64,000 nucleotides of DNA from Haliotis cracherodii (taxonomy: Eukaryota). Positions 11,856-23,974 of the stretch are shown in pieces. The notes under the pieces are model-generated. The model was not told where the DNA came from. It did no database searches and worked only from the letters and a program-made list of their open reading frames with translations. Position numbers and translations under genes: made by a program. The DNA lies in the NCBI RefSeq assembly GCF_022045235.1, contig NW_027266272.1, positions 4,340,001 to 4,404,000 on the forward strand. Direction: 5' to 3'. How positions within the stretch are numbered: position 1 is the stretch's first letter; the number at the start of each line of letters is the position of its first letter.

Positions 11856-14380
11856 TTACATCTCTCTAAACAGCAAAGACAGGGCCCAGACTGGCAAGTT
11901 ACCAAAGATGTTGTTGTTATTGTTGTTGTTGTTGTTGTTGATGATAGGGAATATAGCTGAAACGGTAGGACATTCATAGTTAGCATACGAATCATACAAT
12001 GTCATCGAGTTGCAAGTTTATGTGTTTTGTTAGTGGATATGTCGGGTTTGGCGCCTCTTTCAGCAATATTCCAACACTATCGCGGCCTTGGACTCAGTTT
12101 GGGCAGAACACATAGCACCGATGTTGGGGCTCGAACCTGTCTTTTGGCGTGACGAGCCATCGCTTCAACAACTAGGCTGCCCAACGGCTCTATGTAAAAT
12201 GAAATTAAACATGTATGTACGACTCCTGCCCCAAATAAAGCACTCTCTTTCTTCTTTGTGTAGCGGCCATAAAACTTCCGAGTCCCGTGATGGGATTCGA
12301 ACCACGGACCTTCTGATCAGAGGTCGGACGCTTGTCCACATGACCAAAGAGGTTAACCCCGTCAGCAAGCTGACAAGGTAAGGATGTCATCTGTGGGATG
12401 ACTCCACGCCCTGCTACATACTCTCCCGTGAACCGAAGGCACGTCCCGGGCCGCATAGTAAGGTACTGAGGCTTATTTTGCTCAAATTTCATATGAACGT
12501 GCTCAGCCCCACGTTGGGCGCCAATGTAGCAGCCATAAAATTTCCGAGTCCCGTGATGGGATTCGAACCACGGACCTTCTCATCAGAGGTCGGACGCTTG
12601 TCCACATGACCGAAGAGGTTAACCCCGTCAGCAAGCTGACAAGGTAAGGATGTCATCTGTGGGATGCTACATTTGTACGTTAGAATCATCTGAGGAAAAG
12701 AGATCGGGTCGCTTAGTATTTTCTGTCAGCCACTACCCCACCCCACCAATATATCCTTACACTGGAACCCCGGTAGAATTTCTGGATTTCGAATTTCCTT
12801 GAGTCGGGATTAACCATGTTTACCGCGAGTCACTTACGTCGCACGCAGGTCTTTCCGTCGGGGTAGTGCGGCACGAAGCCCCGGGAGCAGTTGCACTTGT
12901 AGTCGCCGTATATGTTGTGACAGAAGCCGTTAGGGCACAGGGCGGCGCTGGTGTAGTTACACTCGTTGATGTCTGGAAGAGAAACATGCACTGACACACT
13001 GGTACTACTGCTTCCACACAAGAGAATATTCAATATCGAGTATCTGCCGACACAGAATCCATTGGTTGTAAAAGACAAAATAGTGGTTAAAATTATACGA
13101 ATGGATCACTGAAAATGAGTGATGACACCAGGTGTTCTCGAAAAGGATAAACATGTTCAACTCTGATAATTCTCTTTCCCTGACATTTCATATTTCCGCC
13201 CCAGTTAGCAATATTCCAATTAATTCACGGCAATAAATAAAAACTGGAGTTTAGACAACGAAGAAAGGTGTCTTTCAGCAGTTTGGGTACAATGACAAGC
13301 TCCAAGGTCACCTGGTATGACGACCCGAGTGACCTCTTAAACAACTGGAGTTGGAAACTTTCTTAATATTAGGATCATTGTTACTGACCTATGCATTCGA
13401 ATGTCTGGAAGCTGAGTTCGAATCCTTGGTAGCAGACGCAGGTGGACGCCGTCCCAGCAACATTGTCGATACATTTGCCTCCGAACCCACATCCAGAGAT
13501 GGTGCAGTTGGTGGGAGCTGAGGATGGCAACATCATACAGTGACACGGATGTACTTACTGATCATTTCTAATACTGTTGACACCAACATAACCTGATGTA
13601 TAGTTCCAGTTTTGTCGACAAGGACTCGTTTCTTTCAAATATCGAGATAAAGAAACACAGTTGTAATTCACATGTATAGTTTTATATATAGCCACTTTTT
13701 AATGCTGTGTGTGCACCAGACAATCCAGTGATTGACATCACGAGGATCGATCCACGCTATTGGAGTAAGATGGCAAGCTGTCAAACAAGTCGACACGTTT
13801 GTGGGAATCTATGTTGTTACTTGGGATCCCCACGGAACAACGAAGTATACAAGTTAGGTAAAGGAAAGAATCTGAGTAATTGTGTTGACGTTTTTCAAAT
13901 CTGACCCCTAATGGTGTTTGTCCATGTAGTTACTCATTGTACAAAAGTTCCATTATATTGCAAATACAGAAGCATAATTAAGTTCCCACAAATTGTAGTT
14001 CAAACTAAACAAGTTGCAAAGTATATCATTGTATGACAGTAACTTATATACATATAGCAGAATACAGAAGCAGGAGTTTCTAAATTTAAATTATTATATC
14101 CATATAAGTTACAACAAATCTTCAGGTTCTATTCCATATTCAAATTAAAGTAATGTATTCATTGTATGACAGTATCTTTCTAACGCCGCGTCTGGAAAAG
14201 GAAATCCAGTGATTGAAATTAACATTAAACAAATTGCAAAGTATACGATTGTATGGCAGTAACTTATCTACATAATGAGTCTTTAACGGTTTACAGTACC
14301 CGATGCTTGAAACACTTACTTGCAGCAGAGGCAGAACCAGTGATGGCGAAGATGACACAGGCAGCTACAATGACGACCAT
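11856..14380 (-). CDS. Secreted double-EGF protein, copy 2 (141 aa)
   Basis: Exons (minus) 14380-14320, 13517-13389, 12972-12838, 11956-11856. Same exon lengths as copy 1 (61/129/135/101) and intact splice sites. Tail PIFPII(N)10IFGNLPVWALSLLFREM, with mostly conservative substitutions relative to copy 1. Confidence 0.88.
12259..12671 (-). mobile_element. TRIM (miniature non-autonomous LTR retrotransposon) with tRNA-like sequence in both LTRs, Helenus-like
   Basis: LTRs 12525-12671 and 12259-12418, each bounded TGTAGC..GCTACA. PBS TGGCGCCCAACGTGGGGC (12506-12523, minus) is complementary to the tRNA-Lys(CTT) 3' end. Purine tract GGGAGAGTA precedes the 3' LTR. 4-bp TSD TTTG (12255-12258 / 12672-12675). 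A box (TGGTCATGTGG; CGGTCATGTGG in the 5' LTR) and B box GGTTCGAATCC lie inside the LTRs. Confidence 0.9.
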
Positions 14381-15873
14381 GGTGTCGGATGCTAAAGAAC
14401 TGAACAGCTGAGGTGTATTGGACGAGAATACTTGGCAAGACAAACTGACATGCTTTTATACCAAACACCACGATGCAAAAATGGAACAGCGTTAAAAACA
14501 ATCCCAAAGGCACGCGACGTTTAAATGACGTTTATGGACTTTTTTAATCGCTGACATAGGGGACTTTGGGTATATGTCACCTTGGACATGAAAAATATGT
14601 TCGGGTCGGGTTAAAAGAGATCGTGATAAGTTCATCGTCTCCGAGGTCATTTGCCACGCCAATATCACAGTGGTTGACCTGTGCGTGTGACATTGTTTAT
14701 TCTCACTGTGTTCAGTGTTGCATGACGGGCTGGTCAATGAGTAAGTGAGTGAGATTATTTTATTCAAGCCAAATCATTGTTGGTGTTGCACCCACAATAG
14801 GTCTATTCCGCTAATTTATTTTTCAAAGGTTGATTAAGTGCCCCAATTGATCCTCAACCAACTGAGTAGCTGACTGTGTGTAAATGTGCCTTGCGCAGTC
14901 TTCACAATATTCAAGTAATATCATTATGTTTATCAATATAATCCGTGCATGTAGTGGTCATATTTGGTTTGATCATAATAGGATAGGTTATATTTCTAAA
15001 GTAAATTATTATAAGCCGTCAGTACTGACATAAACTGAACGGCAAAAGAAAGCTTACACTTATGTCTGATGGTGGCTATAAATGAAATGATGTTTTTGAT
15101 AGGGGAATCGCAATTGTGTTTTGGACTATACATGTTTAAATTCTAAACATGTTTAGATTATGGGGATGTTGTGATTAGGTGGTGTTTAGGCAGTGAGACG
15201 ATAGCTCATTTCATGTGTTTAGACCCTAAATATGTTAGATAGAATACACTAAATGTGTTTTCCGTTTAGGACGTAAACATGTCTTGTATGCGTTAACATT
15301 CTATACAAATTATTACAGGGTACAATGCGTACTATAGCTGTAACGATGTGTTAAGCAATAAGTTAAAATTGAAACAAATAAACCCAACCAAACAATTTTT
15401 GTGTAAAAAATCAAATTTCTACTGTGAAATACAAGTGTTGATTGCAGCGACTACAGTAACGATATTGTTCCCTGATTGCATTTAAAAGATATACCTTCTA
15501 GTTGAAATAAAGTATTATTATGAGGGTTGATTTGACATGATATAAATAGCTTTTCTTTACACAGAGTATGAAGGATTTGGTAAACTTATGGCAACGGTCC
15601 GTATTTCTCATGTGGGTCCAACCGCAGGCATCATAGACTTGTGGGATACACATTTGTCCTCAATGAGGGGGCCGCTGAGGACAACGTCTGACGCCTCGGA
15701 AGGATGAACTCTTCACACATACACACGCCATTAAAACCACCTTTTTTGTCTCATAAATATGTGCCATCATAAAGAGATTATCACTAGATACCTTGTCATC
15801 GTGACCTTGACATACACCCTGAATGTCATTTGCATCAAAAGCTACAAAGGACTGGATGTTGAGGTGGAATCTC

Positions 15874-15885
15874 TATAAATATAAA
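15874..15885 (+). promoter_or_regulatory. TATA box of Gly-rich gene A
   Basis: TATAAATATAAA 88 bp upstream of the ATG. Identical in all six paralogues (27708-27719 +; 38089-38100, 45799-45810, 52508-52519, 58072-58083 on -). Confidence 0.75.
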
Positions 15886-15961
15886 GGAAGGCTGCTTCTT
15901 TCCATTAACCATCCTGACTCTCACACAGAACGGTTCTGCTCGCAACTTTCTTGCTTCAACC

Positions 15962-18347
15962 ATGAATTCTTCAGTTTTGATTGTTGTCCTTGTCGCCGTC
16001 TTTGCGGCAACAGCGTCAGCTCAAGGTAAATATATATTAGCATTTAAGTTGTTTAATAGGTGTAAAATGCATGGGAATGTGTACTGCATTCTGATTGGGG
16101 AAGAACTGTTGGATCTTATAAATCTTTCGAACTTTTCAGAGCGTATGAATATTTTTTCTTGATGCATATCTATTTCCTGAATCCCATTTTTGAAAGAAAA
16201 CGCTATGGTTGAACAATAATTGTACGAAGAACTTCGATTTTGTCCAAATTCTTCTGTCAGACGGTGAAAGGTGAAAGGTGACTATGCTTGTCGTAAAAGG
16301 CGACTAACGGGATCGGGTGGTCAGGCTCGCTGACTTGGTTGATGCATGTCATCGATCCCAATTGCGTGGATTGTCTGGTCCAGACTCGATTATTTACAGA
16401 CCGCCATCATATAGCTGGAATATTGCTGAGTGCGGCGTTAAACAACAAACCAACCAACCAATTTCCAGACTGACGTCATAACTGCGTCACCGCTGCGAGA
16501 TCTCATATCGGGCCCTGGGGAAAATTACGTGTGACTGTTTTACTTTACAATGTCCATAATTATTGAGTGTTAAATGCATCGAATACTGAGTGAGTGAGTT
16601 GGGGTTAACGCCGCTTTTAACAGTATTCCAGTCATATCACGGCGTGTGAGGTTAATGTGGGAGGAAAGCCCGAAGTGATGCAGGTCTCAGACGTTTACCA
16701 CTTCGGTGAAACCCACGAGCACGGGTAAGGTGCTGACAAACCTAGAAACATAATCGGGGCGAAGCGGGATTTCGAACCCACAATCATAGGTTTCTGGCGT
16801 GCCCAAGGGACGCAAATCTGCACAGCGAATCGCGGCGCCTTAGACGACTGGGCCGCCCGTGCCCCCCATCGCATACTGAATAACACCCGCTAATATGAAA
16901 ACACATAATGATTATGTCCTAATTTGACTTGTAAAGGTGAAGATCCGGGGTAGAATAGGTCTTCAGCAATCAAAGCTTGTTGTAGGAGGTGACTAACTGG
17001 ATCGGGTGGTCAGGCTCGCAGGCTTGGTTGATGCATTTCATCGTATCCCAATTGCGTGTATCGATGCTCATGATGTCAATCACTGGATTGTCTGGTCCAG
17101 AGTCGATTATTTATAGAAGGCCGTCATATAGCTGGAATATTGCTGAGTGCGACTTGAAACAACAAACAAACAAGATAGCTGTAAGTGGCATTTGATCACA
17201 CTAATTCACTGTACGTTGATGGTGATATGGCTCAAATACTGCCGATACGACTATTAATTTAACTCACTCACTCATGTTCACGATGACGTTATTAACCATG
17301 TGGTACTGGCTGGTGTTTCTGTTTGGCTGTTTCTGTCAGTAATGTCAAGTAGTTCCTGTTTAATCTAGGACATTGTGGTGGCAGAAGGGTATCAGGTTCT
17401 TCAACTGGGTTCAAATCTCCCATTATGATCCCTGGTCTATCGTCACAATACCAGTGTTGTGGATTTAATCAAGGACTAAAACGTCTCCAGCTGACATGAC
17501 ATTGAGTTTTCCTCACACTCATCCTACTGTGATTTATATGAATTTCTGTTACAGGACTTGGAGCACTGCTGGCCTTGAGTGGAGGTTTGGGTGGTGCGGG
17601 TAGCCCGTTTGGTGGCGCAGGTGGACCAGGTGGCGCAGGTGGCGCTGGCGGGATGGGAGGGATGTTTGGCAATTCAGGTAATCATAGGGGTTATACATAG
17701 AAGTAATAGAACGATTCTCAAAGACAGGAAGAGCTGAAGTAACACATGACAATAGAATTTCTTCTGCACATGGCGCCTAACACAGCAAAACTAACAACCT
17801 GTGTTTAGTATACAATGGCGCTAAAATTAGCACGATACTGAAAACCTCGTTTTAAGATTAAGCCGAGTTTGGATTGTGCGCTCGTTGACGACCTCTAAAT
17901 TTAGCAATTACATTTGTACAGGGGTACTGCATGGAAGAACAGTACAGCTCCGATCTAACATCAATGGGCGTGATATATTCATCTAGAAAAAGTACTTCCC
18001 CACCACTTCATTATTTTTATACATCGAGAACATGCAACTATCCATCCAGGACATTAACTTTATTTCGAGAAATGGCTAAGGTACCTGCTGCGAGGTCACA
18101 TCAGTGACTTCCAAGAGAGAAAGCAATTGAAAAGAGTATCGACACAGCTACCATCATGTCGTTAGCTCATCGCCTTCGCTTTCTATAATGTGTATTTCAC
18201 ATTGTACTAAAAAAAAAAAAAAAATTTCGTGACAAAACTGTACAGGATATATTTTAACGTATCGTGTTCACTTTGCATGTGACAGGTCTCAGCCAACAGC
18301 TGCTTCAATGCCGACTCCTGAGCCGAATCTTCCCGATGGAAATGTGA
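15962..18347 (+). CDS. Small secreted glycine-rich protein, copy A (82 aa)
   Basis: Exons 15962-16025, 17555-17677, 18286-18347 with phase-1 GT..AG introns. Protein: MNSSVLIVVLVAVFAATASAQ-GLGALLALSGGLGGAGSPFGGAGGPGGAGGAGGMGGMFGNS-GLSQQLLQCRLLSRIFPMEM. AATAAA at 18434-18439. Confidence 0.88.
16274..16461 (+). mobile_element. SINE-like element, family 1, 5'-truncated, in intron 1 of gene A
   Basis: Family-1 body with a (CAAC)n tail. Absent from paralogue B. Confidence 0.8.
16590..16866 (-). mobile_element. tRNA-Leu-derived SINE (family 2)
   Basis: Head GGCCCAGTCGTCTAAGGCGCC..GTGGGTTCGAAATCCC resembles tRNA-Leu D and T arms. (ACTC)n tail. TSD CATCG(A/C)ATACTGA at 16577-16589 / 16867-16879. Confidence 0.85.
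16937..17172 (+). mobile_element. SINE-like element, family 1
   Basis: GTGAAGATCCGGGGTAGAATAGGTCTTCAGC head through to an AACAAACAAAC tail. Confidence 0.8.
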
Positions 18348-19419
18348 AGATGTCCGTGGGAAATCTGGAAATACTACAATGGCAATCATTCATCATAAAT
18401 TGTCAAACATGTAAAATTGATTAATCATTTATCAATAAACAAGGTATTCGATAACACCTGGTGTGTTTGCTCTTTATTCTCTTCTATGAGGAGTACAGGT
18501 TAGAAGTGATTCCCAACAACTATGCCTGCCGTACGAGACGACTCAATAGATCGGGTTGTCAGGCTCAATGGCTTGGTAGACTGCGTATCTTGGAAAACCG
18601 ACGGTGTGAATGTTGTTCATTGTATCTGGTCTGGTGCAGTTCTTCAGCTTAATGTGGGAGGAAAGGCTAAACTGACACACGTCTTTGACGTTTATCGTTT
18701 TGTCAAACCAACAAGCATGTGTAAGGTGCTGACAAAACCATGGGACATAATCAGGGTGAATCTTGTACTTGTACCTGCGATCATCGGACACCGGCAGACA
18801 TGGAACATACCCAAAATCATTAATGTAGTGCTTTAAAAATCTGGGCCACCCTTGCTCCTGTCTCCACAAGAACACACCATGGTCTTGCTGTCCAACTTGA
18901 GTCCAACAAGTGGTCACCGGACTTACCCATGTCCGAAATAATATGATAAAATAATATTGCAGAAATACAAAACATTAACATTCAACAGTTACTAAACAAT
19001 GTTACATAAACACACCCTGCATTTTTAGCATGACCCATGCACCTAACTGTGTACTGCTTGTGGTGTAGTAACTTGCCCATATTTTTAACAACCTGGTCGC
19101 CCGATAGTCCGGAAATATCAATACTTAATGTAAATGTTTTCAGGGTTTAGTACGGAATCACTCTTAGCAACTAGGATTGTTACTTTGAAGCAATGTACGT
19201 TTAGGATTTACAGAAAAGTGGCGAAAAGAAAGGTAATCTTGTGACTCAAGATATCACAGTCAAGAAATGTTTATACTTGCATGGTACCTTCAAGTAGGAA
19301 TTGGTAAAATACTTTCCTATATACAGATTTGAACAGTTCCGGTTGCGCCTATCATATACTAGAGACACCCGGAAGTCTAAAGGTAGTGTAATGTAGAGTG
19401 CCACTGTAACTACACAAGG

Positions 19420-19815
19420 TATATTTCGGGTATCAAATATCACTCGTTACTCTGATCCTGACCGCCAGTCGTAAACAATCCTGTATATTTCGGGTATCAA
19501 ATATCACGGCTACTCTTATCCTGACTGCCAGTCAGAATGAATCTTGTATATTTAGGGTATCAAATATCCCTGTTACTCTCATCCTGACTGCCAGTCAGAA
19601 TGAATCTTGTATATTTAGGGTATCAAATATCCCCGTTACTCTCATCCTGAATGCCAGTCAGAATGAATCTTGTATATTTCGGGTATCAAATATCACCCGT
19701 TACTCTTATCCTGACTGCCAGTCTTAAACAATCCTGTATATTTCGGGTATCAAATACCACACGTTACTCTGATCCTGACTGCCAGTCGTAATCAATCAAG
19801 TATGTTTCGGGTAGC
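19420..19815. repeat. 63-64-bp minisatellite (~6 units) downstream of gene A
   Basis: Unit core TATATTTCGGGTATCAAATATCCCCGTTACTCTTATCCTGACTGCCAGTC. TATCAAA recurs at 19431, 19495, 19558, 19621, 19684, 19748. Confidence 0.95.
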
Positions 19816-21524
19816 CCAGCCGTTATAGCAGTCGTGTATCATGTTGGATTTCATTGCGAAAATGGAAAGAATTAGAAAAACACGTTTCTGTTGCCCCCCG
19901 CCCTGATATTACATTATTGCTAATAGCAGCGTAAAACCATACCCACAATGAGTTATCAACGCTATGTCACATTTTCAATGAATATGATGGCGAACTTTTT
20001 AATATTCACAATGTGGATAAGCGTGATATTCACATATTTAGGCGAACAGCACACACTGATTGTTTAACCGTAAATAAATCTTACGTAATGCCACAGTTTT
20101 CCGTGGGTGTGTTGCAGGTATGACCGACATTAGGTTGAATTTCCTTCGTTGTAGTGACATCGATCTGAGGGTCCCACCGTTTTTGCATAAAATGTCGTAT
20201 ATATATTTTGATTATGGGTTTTAAAATCACTGTACCGCATAGAACGTGAGACTGTGGCTGCAGCAGCGGCTTTACAGAGACCTGCAAATAGAAGATGGGG
20301 ATGGGGACGCGTAATGAATTTGGCTTTTTGCGTAAAACAACTAGCTTTACATGTAAAAGGCAGCGTTAGGTGTAAACATACATGACTCTTCTCACACTAT
20401 CCGCTAACCGTTGAACCGATACTAAAGCGACCTAAAACAACAATATAACAACTTCCTCTTCTTAGACACAATAAACAAAGGATAAGTCCGATATAATAAA
20501 TGCTGTAATCGACTCCAACCAACCAGCTTCCAGTTCTTCATTACAAGCTGTGCCTAAAGTGTGAAATAAAAGACAGTTTTGTGTAATTTATATGAAATAA
20601 TTATCGAATATGGCTTGGGGACAACTTGATACCATCATCATTCTGCAAAAGTATCCAGTTGGATTTGACAAACGTTATCAAAATGTTACAAGGCTCAAAA
20701 CAGTCGCCGAAACATTGCAAACTAAAGGTCCAAAACACAGCGAAGATATCCGTATCAAATACGTCAGCGTGAAAAAAACAATTTCTTGTTTGTTTTTCAT
20801 TTTAAGCCACCATCTAATACAGTATTAAAAACAACGCACAGGTAGTATGTAGTTCATTGAACCTGACTACACAAAAAATCCGGTATATAAATTGGATATA
20901 TGTTACTGGAAAATGTTGGTGGCCTAATATTCGGCAAACGGTGTGTCAAAACGGCATTGTTTTCACACTTGTTCAAAAATGTCATGGAGGAAAACAGTCA
21001 AGGAAAATGCATGTGCAAGTTATGGCATTCGTAACTTGTGGTAGTGGCTATAAAAATGCAAGCATAAGCCAATAATTTGTCATTCAATTGTCAACATTTT
21101 TCAAGTTCGCAAATGCCGAGACTCATCGCTGCCGATCGGAACATCGCCATAGGACGTATCCAAAGAGGGGAATGTTGCACGCCACTTCAACGTCCACCAC
21201 AGCACAATTTGCTGCCTTTGGGGCCAGTAATTTGATGAAGCAATGTATTGGTACAGGGTGGGTTTTTCCAAAATATTTGTTTTGTTTATGATTTCTCTGG
21301 TGTTTTTGTCTTAAAACGTCATATCCAAACGCATCCCGCATGAAAAACCCGTATGTTAAAGCATGATTTTCGATAGACGCATTTAATGTCACAGAACAAT
21401 CAATCAATCGATTGATTGTTCTGTGACATTAAATGCGGGATCACATCGTGTCGTGGATGGGTATAAAACATCGATCTCCGTCTTTTTTCATTCACTTTAT
21501 TTGGAAGTTTGTGAAGAGTGCAAA

Positions 21525-22516
21525 ATGCCAAGACTGAGCCACGCCAATCGTCACATCGCCATAGGTCTCCTGGAAGCAGGACAATCTCAACTTACAGTTG
21601 CCCGTCGAATGAATGTTCAAAGCACGATTTCTCGTCTCTGGGAGAAATATCGGCAGCAGAACTCGGTGGAAGATGGACCTAGAAGTGAACGTTCTCGAGT
21701 CACCACTGCACTAGGTACATCCGGGTACATCACCTGCGTCAGCGAACAGCTACAGCGACCACTACCGCTAGGCAAATACCCGGATTGAGAAGGATATCTG
21801 CACAGACTGTCAGGAACAGACTACGAGAGGCAGGTTTAAGAGCAAGTAGACCCTACTTTGGCCCCGTTATGCGTCAGCAGCATCGACACCATCGCGTTCA
21901 ATGGTGTACAAACGTTCAGGCCTGGAATTTGGTGAATTGGCGTCGAATCTGGTTCAGCGATGAATCGAGATTTCTGTTGGAACGACGGGGTTTGGAAGAA
22001 TGCAGGTGTACAGACGACGTCATGAACGTTTTGCCGACGCCTGTGTCCCCCAGGTGGACAGATTCGGCAGGGGCAGCGTGATGATGTGGGGAGCCATATC
22101 CTAGACTGAGTTGGTGTTGATCCAAGGCAACCTGACAGCGCAACGCTACTGCGATCAAGTCCTTCGTCCACACCTCCTTCCCATTATCAACCGCCAGAGG
22201 GAGCTATTCCAGCAGGATAATGCCAGCAGGATAATGCCAGACCTCATACGGCACGTGTCTCCGGAATGAGAACATCAATGTGCTGCCCTGGCCCTCCAGA
22301 TCACCAGACTTAAACCCATTAGAACATCTTTCGGATGCCCTGGACAGACGGGTGCGACAGCGTAACCCACAGCCCCAGACACTCCAGCAACTAGCACATG
22401 CACTACAGGCAGAGTGGGCTACATTGCAGCAACATCAGATTCAGAGACTAATTCGTTCTATGCCGAGACGATGTCCCGCAGCTCTGAACGCCAATGGTGG
22501 TCATACGAGGTACTGA
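21525..22516 (+). pseudogene. Tc1/mariner (Tc1 DDE-type) transposase pseudogene
   Basis: Frameshifted segments: MPRLSHANRHIAIGLLEAGQSQLTVARRMNV (HTH), RISAQTVRNRLREAGL, WFSDESRF, VMMWGAI, FQQDNA (with a 14-bp tandem duplication), WPSRSPDLNPLEH, NGGHTRY*. TATAAAA at 21462-21468. Element ends are uncertain (~20830-22700). Confidence 0.92.
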
Positions 22517-23974
22517 CTTCAGCGCCATCAAACGTCGAGGTGTGATTCATAAACTGACTTTTTCCGATGTCTTATTAAACAGTGATACCTTGACATTTCC
22601 TGTGTAAAATTTCTTCGAATTCCATTTGCTATTATCTTGTCCACAGTGTATCAAAATAAAAAGAAATCTGTAGTTAAAATTCTTATATGCGTTGAGAGAG
22701 TATGTATCGAGCTAAAAGAAGTTCGAGTTAACTAGGTTTATCATCCAAAACTGGATCTACATTGTAGATATTGCTGCAATGAAACTGCGTCACAATGCTT
22801 TGCAGACCATTGTGACGTCATTGTTTCTATGAGGTCACAATCAAACAACATCACTAATGTCTCTGCTACTGAAGCTGTTAGCAGTATTTTTTACACTGAG
22901 ACACTGCTTATTACCTACAAACTGAAACGGTTGGAAGAATGATGTACGATGATAAATAAAATCTCACCCTCGTGTCTTTTGATATCAAATATATCAAAAC
23001 TCGTTGATAAACGTGGAAAATTTCCACGGCAAGCCTCGGAGTTTTTCCACTTTTTTCAAATCGTGTTGATATCTTTGATTCTCCATATGTTTACAGTGCA
23101 TGTGGCAATCAACAGCAATAACACTGATGAGTAGTTTTTCTTCACGTTTCCACTCCTTTCCTCCACATTTAGCTGCCATGCCGTTATATAACTGAATTTA
23201 CTGCCCAAAGACAGTTGAACTGAAATCACTTACTTCACATCAGCAACCTTGCCAACATCGCCTCTTGTTTAGAAGGTATTATTACTTGTGTCCATAATAG
23301 TGATGACACAGTTTTGGAATGAGGCGTGTGTGTAGCCATGGAACATGGTCTGTCACCAACAACAGTGTTCCTTCTCCCCTGGGGATCCGGGGTTAGAATA
23401 GATTCCCAGCAACCTACGCCAGACGTATAGATCTGTGGTCTGGCCCGATGGATTACTTCGCATGGTGCCCCTGCGTGGGACGCTGTCAAAATATCAGTCA
23501 CTGTTTTGTCAAGTCCAGCCTCGATTATTTTTACACTGCCGTTTTTAGGCTGGAATGTTGGTGTGTGCGGCGTTAACAAATAAACAAATGCCCCGAATGC
23601 AGCCAGAGATCGGATTAACAACAGTAAACAAAGGGGAAAGAGAATTTATGGATGTCAACTTATTTTTATATGAGGAACACAACGTTTCAGAGAATATACT
23701 AAGTCTTTCTCTTTCTCTTTCTCAATTTCATCTCAAAATACTCTACAACGTTGAGTTCCTCATAATAAGGAAGTTGACATCCATAAATTCTATTCACTAG
23801 AGCATCTCTTCTAAATGCCTTTCAAAGACTAAACAGTAAACAAAAACAACCTTAAATCTGCCATTACATTTATTCATTGCAAAACATTTGATTTTATTGA
23901 TCCTTTGCCAGACGTGTTGCGATCCTTCGCTGTCTACTTGGACACACTAGAACACTGTTAAGATGTTCTTCTTC

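Noticed and set aside
17369-17499. Possible alternative terminal exon GHCGGR..YQCCGFNQGLKRLQLT in intron 1 of the Gly-rich genes
   Set aside because: It aligns to a decayed tRNA-derived SINE (A box TGGCAGAGTGG in the D/E copies, B box GGTTCAAATC, family-2 body), and indels differ between paralogues.
17469-17672. Proline-rich ORFs (MPNIPPIPPAPP..) here and in the other copies
   Set aside because: Antisense shadow of the Gly-rich exon 2. The splice signals, signal peptide and TATA box are on the other strand.
18461-18917. Recurrent 60-120-aa ORFs downstream of each Gly-rich gene
   Set aside because: Two old back-to-back SINE remnants copied along with the duplications. Reading frames are not conserved between paralogues.
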